DNA of 64,000 nt from Selaginella moellendorffii (lineage: Eukaryota; Plantae; Lycopodiophyta), in NCBI RefSeq assembly GCF_000143415.4, contig NW_003314262.1:3150603-3214602 (forward strand), read 5' to 3'. The position numbers and the translations under genes are program-made. The notes beneath the pieces were generated by a model that worked only from the letters and a program-made list of their open reading frames with translations, had not been told where the DNA came from and made no database searches. Of this stretch, positions 25,800 to 38,969 are shown in pieces; within the stretch, counting starts at the first letter, position 1, and every line of letters starts with the position of its first letter.

Positions 25800-26486
25800 T
25801 GCCTGCGAGCTCTAGCAGCAGCAGTGGCAGCACTGATAAGCATTCTTCTTCTTCTTCGTTGCCTTGTCCGCCACAGCCAAAAACCCCAGAAAACCAAAAC
25901 GCAAGAACACCATCCAACCCAAAAGCCAGGAAAGCTTCGATCAAGACGCTCTCGCCATCAACGCCCCGCTTCGATCATTTGGGCGCTCAATCCATGGCGC
26001 CCGCTCGCCTCCCCAGCGAAGATTCGAGCAAAAGAGAGGAGCAAAAGAGAGGAAAAAAAACAGTAAAAAAAAAAGAGAAATCTCCCACCAATTCTTCGTC
26101 TTCTTCTCCCAGTTTTCCTTTTTCGCTTCTTCCCTTGCATTGTTTTCTCATATAAACAATGATTGAGCTCATTCGCTGTAGAGCACTGGGTCGTAAAAAA
26201 CGGAAAAGAAAAAGAAATTTACCCCTTCCAACCTTTACTAAATTAACACACTATCAAACAAAGAGATAAATTTACTCTTTCCTTAAAAAAAGTACATGCC
26301 TAGGCCTATACTTAGTCATCCATGCGCCTGAAAGGGCAAAAAGTATCACTAGATTTGTTTAATAGTTATTATCTTAATGAAATGTTTATCTTATTTATAA
26401 TGGTCTGTCCGAAACCCGGAATTTAAATACAATTGATTTAAGCATTGTTTAGCCGGTCCACGTCGGGGGTGATTAAATTTAATCTC

Positions 26487-26940
26487 TGGAAAGCTTTGGA
26501 GATGGGGTCACTCTGTCCACTGACAAGGACAAAGGAGAAAGTTAAAAGAGGGTTTTTAGAGGAAAGAAAGAACATTTGGATGGGATCTCTTTCCTTGGAG
26601 GGTACAGTGGAATTGCACCTCGCAGATCTTCGTCCTCATTTCGATATCACCAAAGATGCAATGCAGCACTTTGCTCGATCCAGTTTTCGCTAATGCTGCC
26701 ACTTGAGCGTCACTATCAGCATTGCGAAAGCTCTTCTTTCATTATTTTTTCTTCTTGCTTCTATATGTTGAAAGAGCTTAAAAGCTTGATTTTGATCCCC
26801 TGCAAAATTTAAGAGCTATAAGATCGGTTTGGGATTGATAAGTATAACTATAAGATTGAAAGGTACCTGAGTTTTTCCATGCCTTCTTTTTGTCCCCTTT
26901 GTAAACTTGTAGAGATTTCGCTTCTTCTGACCAGCAGCTA
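26487..26940 (+). repeat. Diverged segmental duplicate, copy 1 (of 28016-28440)
   Basis: TGGAAAGCTTTGGAGATGGG...GCAGCACTTTGCTCGATC...GAGCTATAAGATCGGTTT is shared with 28016-28440. Confidence 0.85.
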
Positions 26941-27915
26941 GGGATCAAGTAAAAACTGTGACAGCCAATTTTTAAGTACCACTGACAAAAAGTTCGTGCC
27001 TGCAACTTGGTATTAAAAAAAGAGTAACCAATTCTTTATAGCACGAATCATACTTTTAGTCCAGATCTAAACTCGCTCACACCACTGCTCCAATCGAATT
27101 AGTCCAAATCTAAATTACTCGCTGCACGAATGAAAATGAACCATTGAGCAAATGGTTAGAAGAATAAAGTCATCAGGAGATGAATCAACCATCGTACAAT
27201 TCAAGAGCTTAAATTATAACCAAGAAAAAAGAGCATTGCGAATTCATCCAAGCTCTCTCGATTTGTGAGCATTAAAGTACGGCATGGCTGATAGCACAAG
27301 AACTTGCCTGACACTAGCAGAGAAAGCACTTCCTTCCAGATCTTTTCCGGTTTTGGGCCACACGTAGTGCATTGTACCTGTCAAGAAAGGTCTAGTGTTT
27401 GCTTAGAGTTGTCACTTAGTATCCGATGAGAGCCAGCTCCAGTCTCCACCAAAGTTTTCTCTGGAACCACAGAGAGCTTTTAAGTGCTGAGAAAGTACTT
27501 GAAGAAACAAAACGCAAGAGACAAACTTGCAAAGCTCAAACATTCATAGTACTTATCGTGAATAGATCTCAAAGTTGTGTGATCAGCTGAGCAGCACAAA
27601 CAAGTCAAAGGAAGTAAGGTCAAGATTGATGTAATCTTTGACAACTTGGTTCAGTAATAAGCTTGTCATTGTCACTCTACTCTAGCAAACCTATCTTAGG
27701 GGACAAAAAGGTAGACTTTTGGGACTAGGAGGTTGGTTTTTCTCTATATCATGAAAATGTGATAATGGTTGTTTCCATATCACAATGAAAATCTGATTGT
27801 ATCTTGAATCATACAAAACATGACTAAAAATGTGGGCTTTATCTACACATGTTATATATATATACATTCTCTAATGTCTCATAAAGGTTAAATAAGTACT
27901 CTTTGAATATGAAGG

Positions 27916-28015
27916 NNNNNNNNNNNNNNNNNNNNNNNNNNNNNNNNNNNNNNNNNNNNNNNNNNNNNNNNNNNNNNNNNNNNNNNNNNNNNNNNNNNNN
28001 NNNNNNNNNNNNNNN
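27916..28015. other. Assembly gap (100 N)
   Basis: Run of N. Confidence 1.
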
Positions 28016-28440
28016 TGGAAAGCTTTGGAGATGGGTCACTCCGTCCACTCCCAATTGACAATGACAAAGAAAGTAAAGAGAGTTTCTGTAGAAAAGAAGA
28101 ACAAAATAGAAACGAAAGGAGACAACTTAGCCGTGCCCTCCATCTCTATCTGGAGAGTACAGAGGAATTGCATCTCTCAGATCTTTCTCCTCATTTCCGC
28201 ATCACCAACGATGCAATGCAGCACTTTGCTCGATCGAGTCTTCTCTAATGCTGCCACTTGAGCGTCACTACCAGCATTTCTTTTCTCAGAAGCTTGATTC
28301 ACTGCAAAGTTTGAGAGCTATAAGATCGGTTTTGGATTGATAAGTGCAAGATACCTGAGTATTTCCATTCCATCTTTTTTGTCCGTTTTTGTTCTTTGTT
28401 TTTCTTTTGTAGAGTTCGTGCTTCTCGCGGACAGCCTGCA
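28016..28440 (+). repeat. Diverged segmental duplicate, copy 2
   Basis: Colinear similarity to 26487-26940 with substitutions and indels. Confidence 0.85.
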
Positions 28441-28802
28441 CCTTGGTAGAAAGGAGACGCAATAAAGCACGAGGTATAGTTTTCGTTTCGCAACTGCTCA
28501 ATCAAAACTTGACAAAACAATGGTTTAGGAAAAAAGACGCTTCAATCGTCTGTTTATGTGTTGCTGTGTTGCCTTACCTGAACTTGAATCCTCTACAAGT
28601 AGTACGAATATGTTTTGCCATCGTAGGCTTTGTGTACAAATGTGGCCGCTTGCAGGTCTCTTGGTGTAGCACTTTCATTTTGTGGTCACAGGGAAAACTT
28701 GGATGACTGGAGCTCGCTCTTATCTGGTATTAAGTGATCAGTCTAACATATGCGAGACCTTTGACAAGTACATTGTGTGGAAGCCATTGTCCCGGCAGTC
28801 CG

Positions 28803-29110
28803 GGGCTGTGAGGCCGTCTTCCACACAGCCTGCCCCTTCTTCTGGAAGTTTGACACCCCAGATGTAAGAATCTAGCTGGTTTTGCTCGTGGGCGATGAGA
28901 AATTTTCTGAGTTTTTTTTTCTGCCAGGATGTGTTGGTCCCAGCAATCACTGGAACGGAGAATTTGATCCGTGCTTGCAGCGAGGAGAAGATCAAGGGAG
29001 TGGTGATGACCTCCTCCGGCGCAGCGGTCATGGTTGACCCGGATCGTCCCGAGGACAAGGTGGTTGATGAGAGCTGCTGGACGAACGTTGACCACTGCCG
29101 CAAAATCGAG
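28803..29110 (+). pseudogene. Cinnamoyl-CoA reductase/DFR-like (extended SDR) gene fragment, two exons
   Basis: GCEAVFHTACPF, intron, then DVLVPAITGTENLIRACSEEKIKGVVMTSSGAAV...VVDESCW. The N-terminal GxxGxxG and the YxxxK exon were not found. Confidence 0.75.
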
Positions 29111-29169
29111 GCAAGTAAATGATATCTGGATTCAGGAAGTTTATCTCCGAAAGAAGGTAAACTTTTTAC

Positions 29170-30150
29170 TTAGCAAACCTGTGGAAATAAATGTGAATCC
29201 TTAGACTCACCCGGTAGGAGCGCGGCATCTATCCGGCTTTAAGCACACGTAGTATTGTACCTGCAAGTGTCACTAAAAGTGGTAAGGAAGGAGCACGAAG
29301 CACACGCTCTGGAAACATGACATTTATTCCCGGGCCGGGGATCAAACTTGACTCTTTCGCCAACGCAACGAAGCCCCGTCGCTTTTTACTGTCTTCTCCA
29401 ATCCCTAGAGCACCGTGGACAGCAAATGAGGCCTTCGGGCTCCATATCCCATTTAAGAAGCGTGAGCTGCGATGGTTGGACCTCAACAAACCGATGAGAT
29501 CCCTTCTAGTTCTGACCTCGTCAAAGGAAGCTGTCATGTCGCTCTTGTAGTCATCTTGAGAAAGAAGCAATCCGGCAAATAGATACAGAACAGTGACACG
29601 CAGTCATTAGTGTATTCCACTTTTCTTTTTGACGTTACTGTGAAGAAGTTTCCACTTGTGTATCTGTTTGCAATTAAACGGAGATAACTTGGTCACCGGA
29701 AAGCTGCCAATACGAGTGATCGTTATGCCAAGGTCTGGTTGCTGAGTACCAGGTTCTTTCACGAGAACTGGTCGTAGAAGAGCCCCGCCAGCTTTCCCCT
29801 GTGTTATATGGAACGAAAACGAGAAGAAACACGGATAAAAAAAACACATCATCATCCGCTTCGCTATGTCGCAACACTTGAATTAGAGCTCCAGAATTCT
29901 AAGCTGACCTCCATAGGAGAATAAATTCCTTCGAAAATGCAGGATTCCTCGAGGAAGTGATCTCTAGCTGCAATGCTGGCGAATTTGTAGAGCGCGAAAA
30001 TAAAGTTTTAGGGTGTGCGAGAGGGTCAAGGTCGACAAAAAAGGGAGATGATGCCTTAGAACTGGTCTCACAAAGGACACTAAAGAACTTACCTGGATTT
30101 TTCATGTTATTGTCAACGCGAGGTTGCTCCACCCAGGACGAAGCACACTT
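29170..30150 (-). pseudogene. Degenerate copy of the PhyH-family dioxygenase at 39908-41374
   Basis: Shares VKEPGT, PWHNDHSYWQLSGDQVISV, VHGA and KFDPRP segments and introns, with deletions, frameshifts and scrambled 5' exons. A further 3'-end fragment lies at ~27340-27385. Confidence 0.85.
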
Positions 30151-30159
30151 TCGATACGT

Positions 30160-33100
30160 TATGAAATTAATTGAGCAGAAAATTCTTACATGATATCGAG
30201 TTGAAATGATCCAATGGCCAATCCGATGCGCCAGACCATAGACCAGTCTCCACCACCACCTTGTTACTAGATTTTTTCTAGATTTTAACAATGGCTGGGT
30301 CTTCCTCTAATCCACCTCCTCCTCCACCTCCTGCAAATTCAGGCTCGTCTCCTGGAAACTGGGACGGTTGGGCGAAGATGCTTAACAAATTCATGGGGAC
30401 AAACTTTGCGACATGGCGTACCAAAGTCCAACTTATCCTCCTTGCTAAGGACTGCTGTATCGTGGACGGAACAGAGCGTAAACCTATGGACCTCGCACTT
30501 CAACCGGCATGGGAGAGTCGCAATTGCAAGGCGCTATTTGTGGTTGGACTTAGATTGGGCGATGAGTACATACACTTGCTTGATCTCGCAAAGGATGCAC
30601 ACGCAAACCGGGATGCTCTTCTTGCTGTTTTCTCGGCCAGGGCTGAGAATGCTGAAGTGACGCTTACCCAGAAATTCCTGAACATGTGCATAGATCCAAA
30701 AGACGCTATTGCGACCTACATCGGCAAGCTTCGTGGTCTCATGGCTGAACTCAAAGAGGCTGGGCCGCCCGTCTCTGAAGAACAAGCCAAGGCGCTGATT
30801 CTCTGCTCTATCACCCCAGAGCTACAGCAGTTCTCGTCCATGCTCTCATTCATTCCGGGTCAAACACTTGGGACTGTTTGCTGGAAGAAGAGCGCAAGAT
30901 GAAGGAACGTAGTCAGGCCTCTCGGGATGCTCGTGAGCAGGCCTTGTACATCGGTAGCAAGCCCTCTGGAGACAAGAAGAAAGAGGCATTCTTGCAGAAG
31001 CCCAACACCTCTTCTTCTCAATCTGGGGCAAACACTACTAGGAACTGCGGCAAGATGGGACATCGCAACCTGATCCTCTGTTGATGATGACCGTCTGCTC
31101 ATCCCAGGAATCACTCTCTGGATGGATTCAGGGGCTTCAATGCACATCACACCTCTTCCACACTTCCACAGCGTTGGAGACCTTGAAACAGGTGTACGTG
31201 GGGGACAAAAGAGGCCTCACAGTCGCTGGGCATGGAACAGTGGTCATCAAGCTTCCTAATGGCTCACGCAGACACCTCGAGAGGATGTTCCATGTTCCAG
31301 GAGCTGATCAAACAATTCTTTCTATTGGCATAGCATCAAAGCCTATAAGACCTGGGCATAGACTGCCAGGAAGGTCAAGGTATATCGCACAGATAGTGGA
31401 GGGGAATTCATCTCCAATGAATTCCAAGGCCAATACTTTACTGCTTATAGCCCTTGGCAAAATGGCAGGGGTAAAAGGGAAAGGTCAACCAACCAAACGT
31501 CCGTACTGGCGCCCGCGTTGCTAAGCGTGCCAACAGAACTCTTCTGGAGAGCACACACTGTATGTTTCAGCACTCTGGACGTCCTTACGCATTCTGGGGA
31601 GAAGCACTGTATCCAAATTAGGTCATCTACGCATTTTTGGGTGTGTGGCGTATGCCCACATTCCTAACGCGCACAGGAAAAAACTCGATCCCAAGAGTGA
31701 GAAATGTTTCTTCCTATGATCAGATGAAGGCCTACAGGCATTACAACTTTAACGTAACAAGCCACGATATAGTATTTGTCTATCTCCACGAACTTTGACT
31801 AGATGGTGGATCTTTCACTTATCCTAGACAACATTCCTGAGCCCCTCGTGCTGCCCATTTCTCTGGCTCAAGGAGGAGTGCCTAGCAATCAAGGAGGAGT
31901 CCCTATCAATCCATAGAGAGCTGCCATACCTCCAAGAGGAGTAGCACTTCCCATTCTTGGTACTTCCATACAGCTTTGACAGTGCCTCTTTGTCACTTAC
32001 TCTTTCTGGCCCTTCTGTTGCCCAGGAGACTGAAGATCAAACCATCCATACTCTTGTGGAGAGCATCATGGAAGGTGATGAGGTTCTTCCTCCACCACAC
32101 GTGATGATGACCACTTCACCTCCTCTAGTTAGTAACTAGTGAACTATAACACACTCTGACGAAGAATCAAGCTCTCTACCAAAGCTTAGGAAGCAAAAGC
32201 CATGGCTCCAACTTGCACTACTCGTCGTGGTCCTTTCTACTGGGCCATGCATGCTGTGCTTGAACCTGACAGCTTTAATGCTGCACTCAATAATTTTGGG
32301 GCAGAAGTTTGGCAATAGGCAATGCAAGAGGAGTATGAGTCACTCCAGAAGAATCAGACCTGGACACTGGTCCCTCTTCCTCCAGGCCCGTTTCAGCCAA
32401 GTGGCTGTTTAAATGCAGTACAAAGCTGATAGCACAGTGGAGCGTTACAAAGTATGTTTTGTAGCTTGCGGTTTCTCTCTAGTTCACTACACCAAAACAT
32501 ACAGCCCAATGGTAAAACTCACAACCATTTGTTTGCTCTTAACCCTGGCTATAGAGCTCGACCTGGAGGCTTTGGAATTATACTGTTTGGAAAGATGGGC
32601 CGTGACTATGTTGCTCTCAATCCATTCGTATACCATCATGGTCGTTCCTCAATGGCGACCTCCATGAAGAGGTCTACATAGCTCAACCTCCCGGTTTTGT
32701 GCGTGCTGGCCAAGAGCATGCATGTGGTAGACCAAAATCAATTCTTATCTAATTTCGCTTGGCTTCGTGCGCAGCACAGTAGACACAAATCTCTACATAT
32801 ACAAGCAGGGCCGTGGCTTTCTCTTCCTGGCTCTCTATGTAGATGATACCATACTTGCCTCCAACCAGCTTTGTCTTCTCAACCAGATCAAGAAGTCTCT
32901 CTTCTCACGGTTTGAGATGACTGATCTTGGCAAGCTACACTACTGCTTGGGCATCCAAGTTCACAAAGATAGGCAACATGGATTCTGGAACTTTCTCAGG
33001 TCAAGTACATCACTGATGTCCTTGAGAGGTACTTTATGATTCACGCTAACCCCGTTGCTACACTTGTGGAAGCTGGCACCAAGGTTTCCAAAGCAACTCC

Positions 33101-33904
33101 AGATGATCCAGCTCCCGAGGAGGAGAATTGGAGGCTCTATCGATCCATTATCAGAGCTTAATCTACCTGGTGGTTTCAAGCCGACCTGATCTTGCTTTCT
33201 CCGTGGGCTGTACGGCAAAGTACCTGGACCATCCAACACTAGCTCACTGGGCAGTGACTAAGCGGATCATGCGGTACGTTTCTGGAACTAGAAACTTATC
33301 TCTGCGATATTCCAGAGGTGAGAGCTCAACAAGCTCCGAGCTGGTTGGGTATACTGATGCAGACTGGGGAGGAGATGCTAATGACCGACGTTCTACATCT
33401 GGCTACGTGTTCCTCCTCGATGGCAACGTGATTAGCTGGTGCAGCAAGAGACAATTAAGCCAGCAATGTCCAGCACAGAGGCGGAGTACGTGGCTGCTGC
33501 TGCTGCTGCAAAGGAGGCTACATGGCTCCAGAGGCTGCTCCAAGGCATGGGAGTGATATCACACTCAATCAAGCTGTGGTGTGATAATATGTCTGCGATA
33601 GCACTCACCAACTTCAAGTTCCACTCAAGGACAAAACACATGGACACTTCATTCAGGAATAAGTTCAGAAAGGTGCAATTCTCTTGGAGTTTGCCCAACA
33701 GCCTTGATGGTGGCTGATATCCTGACGAAGCCAATTCCTCATATCAACCATGAGATCAACTCCGGCTAGCTAACTTTGAGGGGAGTGTGGGAAAACACAA
33801 GATCACCACGTCAGCGATCCTGGACATCAGCAAGCCACATATAGCTAGCTATATAAAGATGTAACCAAAACACTATAAAGTTTACTGAGCAAAAAATTCT
33901 CACG
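30160..33904 (+). mobile_element. Degenerate Ty1/copia retrotransposon
   Basis: Gag NFATWRTKVQLIL; protease WIQGLQCTSH; RT LALYVDDTILAS; RNase H GYTDADWGG...RRSTSGY, SSTEAEY, CDNMSA. PBS-like TGATATCGAG at 30191; PPT GAGGGGAG at 33778; short 3' LTR from ~33786. Confidence 0.92.
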
Positions 33905-34571
33905 TTGTTAATTGAAAACATCTTCATCGCTGTTCTACCTTGCAACACACACAACTAGAAGGGGGTTGGCAGCATCTGCATTCTTGTTCTTCCTTGCAGC
34001 CTACATGGATTAACTCCAACGACAAGAACTCCAAAAGCTTATCTTCATCTTCGCTGAGCGTTGTGGTGCTCTCGATCAACAGCTTCCAACAGGGTCCTCA
34101 TTCCTGACCTCGACCCCTTTGAAGCAGTAACGCACAAACCTCAATGAACTTGATGGCCTCTTGCACACGCATCGTGCAGCTCCTTGAGTATTCTATCAGC
34201 ATCATTAGCCAGTTCAAAGGCAATGTTCCTGAAGCCCCTCAGCGAGACGATCATAAACCAGGTGCCAAACCGATCTACACTTGCTCTCAGATACCAAGCT
34301 TCTCCAATGCTGGCGCATCCTTACCTCTGCTTGCGTTGTGGCTTGCAACTGGCCGTTGAAATGCCGGTGTAGAGATAGCCTAGCTTCTTCTTACACTCGG
34401 GTGTGCATTGCCATGCCTCTAATGCCGCGTCCTGAACTCTATCATCTCAGTTTGAAGAAAAGCTTCACCTCCAGATCTTGCCTGTTCAGCCGCCGCTCCA
34501 GCACGCTTCTATTCTCTACCACCTTTCTGGCTATCCCCTCCCAGGATCCCCTTTGTTCTTCTTCAGCGCCC

Positions 34572-34911
34572 CTTGGCCATCATCAGATCTGATCTTTAGG
34601 GCTTGGAGTTTAAAGGGAGGAGGAAAAGCTACCAACTTGCAAAGCCTGATAAAGGTGTCTTCGAATATCACTTAGTAACCAGATGAGCTCCTGCCAAGTT
34701 CCTGGCCAAAGTTTTCTTTGTATGTCCAGGCACTGTTGGATTTGGTGTTCTTCCTTGGTCATCATCAGATCTGATCTTTCGGGCTTGGAGCTTTAGGAGG
34801 AAAAGCTTCTTCCACCACTTGCAAAGCCCACTGGCGCTGGCTGGGTTGATAAAGGTGTCTTAGAATATCACTTAGTAACCGGATGAGTTCCTGGCCAATG
34901 TTTTCTTTGTA
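34572..34911 (+). repeat. ~160-bp imperfect tandem duplication
   Basis: CATCATCAGATCTGATCTTT...TGATAAAGGTGTCTT.GAATATCACTTAGTAACC...TTCCTGGCCAA occurs at ~34572-34722 and ~34753-34911. Confidence 0.85.
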
Positions 34912-35142
34912 ACTACAGAGAGACCAAGTTTGCTGGATTCGACTATGCCCGAAGAGGAGTACGAAGTAGAGACAAGATTACCGGCCAAAGATTACCGATC
35001 CTGACACGATCTTCCGAGTTCCTCCTCCCACTGATCGCAAGAACGTCCAGGTCGCGTCTCTTTGAAGCCTTTAAGTTTCTTAGCGAACAATAAGTTTTAC
35101 TACCTTTTCATTATAAAACTGCACTCTTCTTGATAACATTGC

Positions 35143-35634
35143 TCAGTTCTTGTAAAACACTCGAAACTTTAAGATTGCCGAAAGTGGCGGAATGAGCTTG
35201 TAGGTCCTAATCTGCGCATACCCCGACGCAAATCTGTAGGTTCCGGTGCCTCCAATCACTGCAAGCTCTCGGACTTCATCGAAGATGTTGTCTTGGCCGT
35301 GCATGCTCATCGTCCCATCCTTGAACACAGCCACAAATGTCAAGAACAAACCGGTTGTGGTGTTGGTGGAATCGTCGCTGATGTACGTCCCTTTGGCTCT
35401 CCCCACAATCTCGGAGTCACGGGAAGGGCCCTTGGTGAGAACATCGTCGATGACAAACACCGCTCCAAACTGGGCATTTTTGGGGCCTGCAACGAAAACC
35501 ACTGTGGAATTGCTGGGATTGGTTAGGTCGACCTTGTCGTGGAAGTAGAACTCCAGCACTTTTATTGGAGTTGCATAAGAAAAAGCAAAAGCGAGAGAGA
35601 CTGCGAGGAGCAAGAGCAAATGAAAGCCCTCCAT
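35143..35634 (-). CDS. DIR: Dirigent protein (secreted, intronless), copy 1
   Basis: Signal peptide; FYFHD; FGAVFVIDDVLTKGP; VGRAKG; RELAVIGGTGTYRFASGYA; 163 aa. Confidence 0.95.
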   Translation of the reverse strand: MEGFHLLLLLAVSLAFAFSYATPIKVLEFYFHDKVDLTNPSNSTVVFVAGPKNAQFGAVFVIDDVLTKGPSRDSEIVGRAKGTYISDDSTNTTTGLFLTFVAVFKDGTMSMHGQDNIFDEVRELAVIGGTGTYRFASGYAQIRTYKLIPPLSAILKFRVFYKN

Positions 35635-35849
35635 TATTCTTGCTTGTCCACCGAGGTGAATGATTTATATTCTTCCGAATCATAGCACAAGCTATTCGTG
35701 CTGCCTTGGTTCTGAAGAAAAACAAAAGAGCTCGTCTATGAATATTGTAAGGAATCTAATTTCATATTTACGAATAACAAACAAATTCAAAAAAAATCAA
35801 ACAAAGACAAACAAACGAAACACAGACACATGGCACCTTGTGATTGGCC

Positions 35850-37148
35850 AGAAACTGTTTAGGGCTCCAGAAAATTCAAGTGCATCTTCACCACTATGGA
35901 AATGGTAAACCAACCCTGGCCACTTGGCCACTTCAAGACAGTGAGAAGTCAGTGGGTGGCAATGGTGGAAGCATGATAGCTGAGCAGAGCAGCCAACAAT
36001 CGAAGGGTAGCGATGGTGGGTGAGCAGGTTGCTGGGCATGGTGGGTAGTGGGAGAGCAACACTATGTGATGAGAGTTGAGAGGTGGGATGCTAGACACTG
36101 ATAAAGGTGACCAGGGCATTGGATGTGTGCTAGGGCAATGCTAAAAAGCAAGTTAAGTTTCCCATTGCAGCAGCATGATACCTGGGCAATGCTGGACACT
36201 GCTGGTGAGCAAGGCATTTGATGCATATTAACCTTGTTTATTCTTGGCAGGGGCGAGGGCAGGATCAAATGTAGCAGTTGGCAAGATGCTTCAATCTCTT
36301 CCTTTTCCTTGGTCAGGGCTGGCATAGTGATGGGAGCTACAATGCTAGTTGAAGGTAAATCCCTTCCCTTTTTTATTTGGAAGAGGTAGTTATTTTTTTT
36401 CCTTCACAAGGAATCAGGTAGGAGCTGGAGCAAGGCAACCAGCTATCATGACAGGCTGGGATATATTGGGAGTTCCATGGAGAATGATTGATACCTTTCA
36501 GGTTTTCTTATTTTTAGCAATTTGTTAGAATACTTGCTTAGCTTTTGGCATTGTTGATGCTAGCACCTAAGTCAAGATTGGCATGGCAGCAAACTACACA
36601 TAAAGAGCAACTGCCTTCCTCTGCAAGAGAGGGATTACATAGTCCTTGCAATATCATCAATAAGTTATTCCTTACTTTTCATGCATAGCTTTGTTGCCAA
36701 TTCTTGTAGGTGGAGAAGATAGAAATAAAATAGGAGGAAGTCAATTAGACTCCAACTTTGATTTTGATTTTGAGTCATATGGTAGCAATAACATGGTAAT
36801 TTCTAGTGTTGCAAAGATGGTATAGTGAACTAACTTTATTTATCTATTTTTTAGTCATAAAATTCCTAGTGTTAGCTAGTTTTAGTTGCCCAAGTTGTGC
36901 TATTATCCACCACTATCCAACAGCAATATATTTGTATCACCACACAATGTTGCCCTAAGCTATCCCATTGCCCACCATCGCTGCCCTCTGACTGCCCAGC
37001 TATCATGCTTCTACCATTGCCATTCAGCGATTTCTCACTGCCTTTGAAAGTGGCTAGAGTCAGCATTGATGGCCCATAGATGGTCCATTCTCACCCATTC
37101 CATCTCTATGAAGATGTAGCAAATATTCTGGAACCCTAAATAATTTTT
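35850..37148. mobile_element. Fold-back/MULE-like non-autonomous element with long imperfect terminal inverted repeats
   Basis: 35850-36075 is an imperfect reverse complement of 36930-37148 (e.g. TTTAGGGCTCCAGAA vs TTCTGGAACCCTAAA; TGGCAATGGTGGAAGCATGATAGCTG vs CAGCTATCATGCTTCTACCATTGCCA). No ORF between the arms. Confidence 0.65.
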
Positions 37149-38969
37149 CTACATGTCTATATTTATCTTTATTTGTTTTTTCTTAATTTAGTTTGCCTTC
37201 GCATTTTGTTCTTGTTTGACTTTGTTTAAATTAATATCACTTCATTTGACCTTGTTTGTTCTTATTTTATTTTATTTGATTTCATTTGTAATCTTCATTT
37301 ATAAATTACACACCATATTTAACTCCTTAATATTTGTAAAATCTTAGAGATCTTTGTTGTAGCTTGAGAAGATGAGTTGACATAGGAGGAGTACTCAAAC
37401 TGTTTGATTGCAGAAAAGTGATGACAACGCAATCCACCACCTTGGTCTCCCCAAGGGTACATGCAGTTTTTTGAGAATGTAAGTTTTAAAATGGAGATTT
37501 TAGTCATAAAAGTGTAATGGAGAAAGGAATAATGACTTCTATATTGAAAAAGGTGGTGGACATAAATGTGTTGGGAGGGGAATGGGATGGGATGGGATGT
37601 GTGAGGATGGAAAATGATTTTTGGAGGATGACTGGTTGGGAAATGGCTTTAGAATCTAAAATAGTGGCTATGTTCTAGATCATCTTTGGAAAGATTAGGG
37701 GAAAATTTAGAACAAAAAGGGCATGTCAACCATGCTAAACATGCTTCATTGTCCATAAGTCATACAAAACAAGCAAAAGAATTCTAATTAAAAAAGTAGT
37801 GATCAATCAAATTTAGGATTCATGCAAAAATAAAAAGCCAAAAAGCTTGATCCAATTCAACAATCAAGGAATTGAAAGGAAAAATAAAATATCTAGAGAA
37901 ATATAAAAAATCTAAATTAAATAAAAGACTAAAGAGGTACTTAGCTTGAAATTAGCAAATCTTTTTATTTTTACTCTGGAACTCAATAATCCATGCTCCA
38001 TATGGTGGCCACAGTTGAAACGTGAGGCATCCCATTGTGGTTGCAATATATTGCAATGGAATTTGCAACACTCAAAATCCAATCAGAAAACTCTATGTCT
38101 TACTGATGATGCCACTCAAAATTGTGTTATATCAAACACATGGAATAATCTTTGAGTATATTTAGGAATATCCCCAAATCATACCCAAGCTCAACAGCTG
38201 TCTAAGATTTAAAGCCATTCATTTGATAAAAAACTGCACTCCAACCAATTATCTCAACCATGGAGAACCAACTAATTAAACCTGTATAGAAGTACTAGAT
38301 AATTGAATATGCTAGAATAAATTTGGATGTGCTTAAGAAATTTTATAAATTGACAACATGTTTATAATTAGATGGTAAAATATAGGTATATCCTCCCTGT
38401 CATAAAATTTTTGGATGTTTTGGGATCCAGTCTAACTACTCAGCAGTCAATGGTTGCAAATCGCTCTATGGTTAAAGACAAGGCTCTTCTCCTAGTCCTG
38501 TTCCAGTTGGGATTTAAAACATACTAATTAACAAACCTGCCAAAGCGATGTGTGCTTCTTTATATCAGTTTCTCTATGTCACAACGAAAATGTAATTGAT
38601 CACTATTGTGAAGACCATTTAGCTTGAATCACACAAATAACGTGAAGAGTGGTTATTGGGCATGACTAGAAATCATGTGGTCTGCCCCCGCAGGTCCGAA
38701 TCCATACTACCATAAACGGCAACGACAACTAAAACGATAAGAAAACCAAGAGCAGAAGCAGCAGGACAGGAGAAGTCTGCGAGATCAATGCTGAGCAGCA
38801 GCTAGAACACTGAGCAAAGCAACTTAAGCGCCAACAATATAATCATTAAAATCCAAAAGATACAAATATTCACCCAGCTTTGCTTACCAAGCTTTTAGAG
38901 TGCTGGACGCCAAAGGCCTTCTGATCTGATTGGAAGTAATCATCTTGAATGACCATCTTGGCGCCCATC

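Noticed and set aside
26487-28440. Duplication beside the N gap as an assembly artefact
   Set aside because: The copies differ by many substitutions and indels, more like a real older duplication. Haplotype mis-stacking is not fully excluded.
33950-34570. Coding-like sequence downstream of the copia LTR
   Set aside because: Interrupted frames on both strands and no recognisable family.
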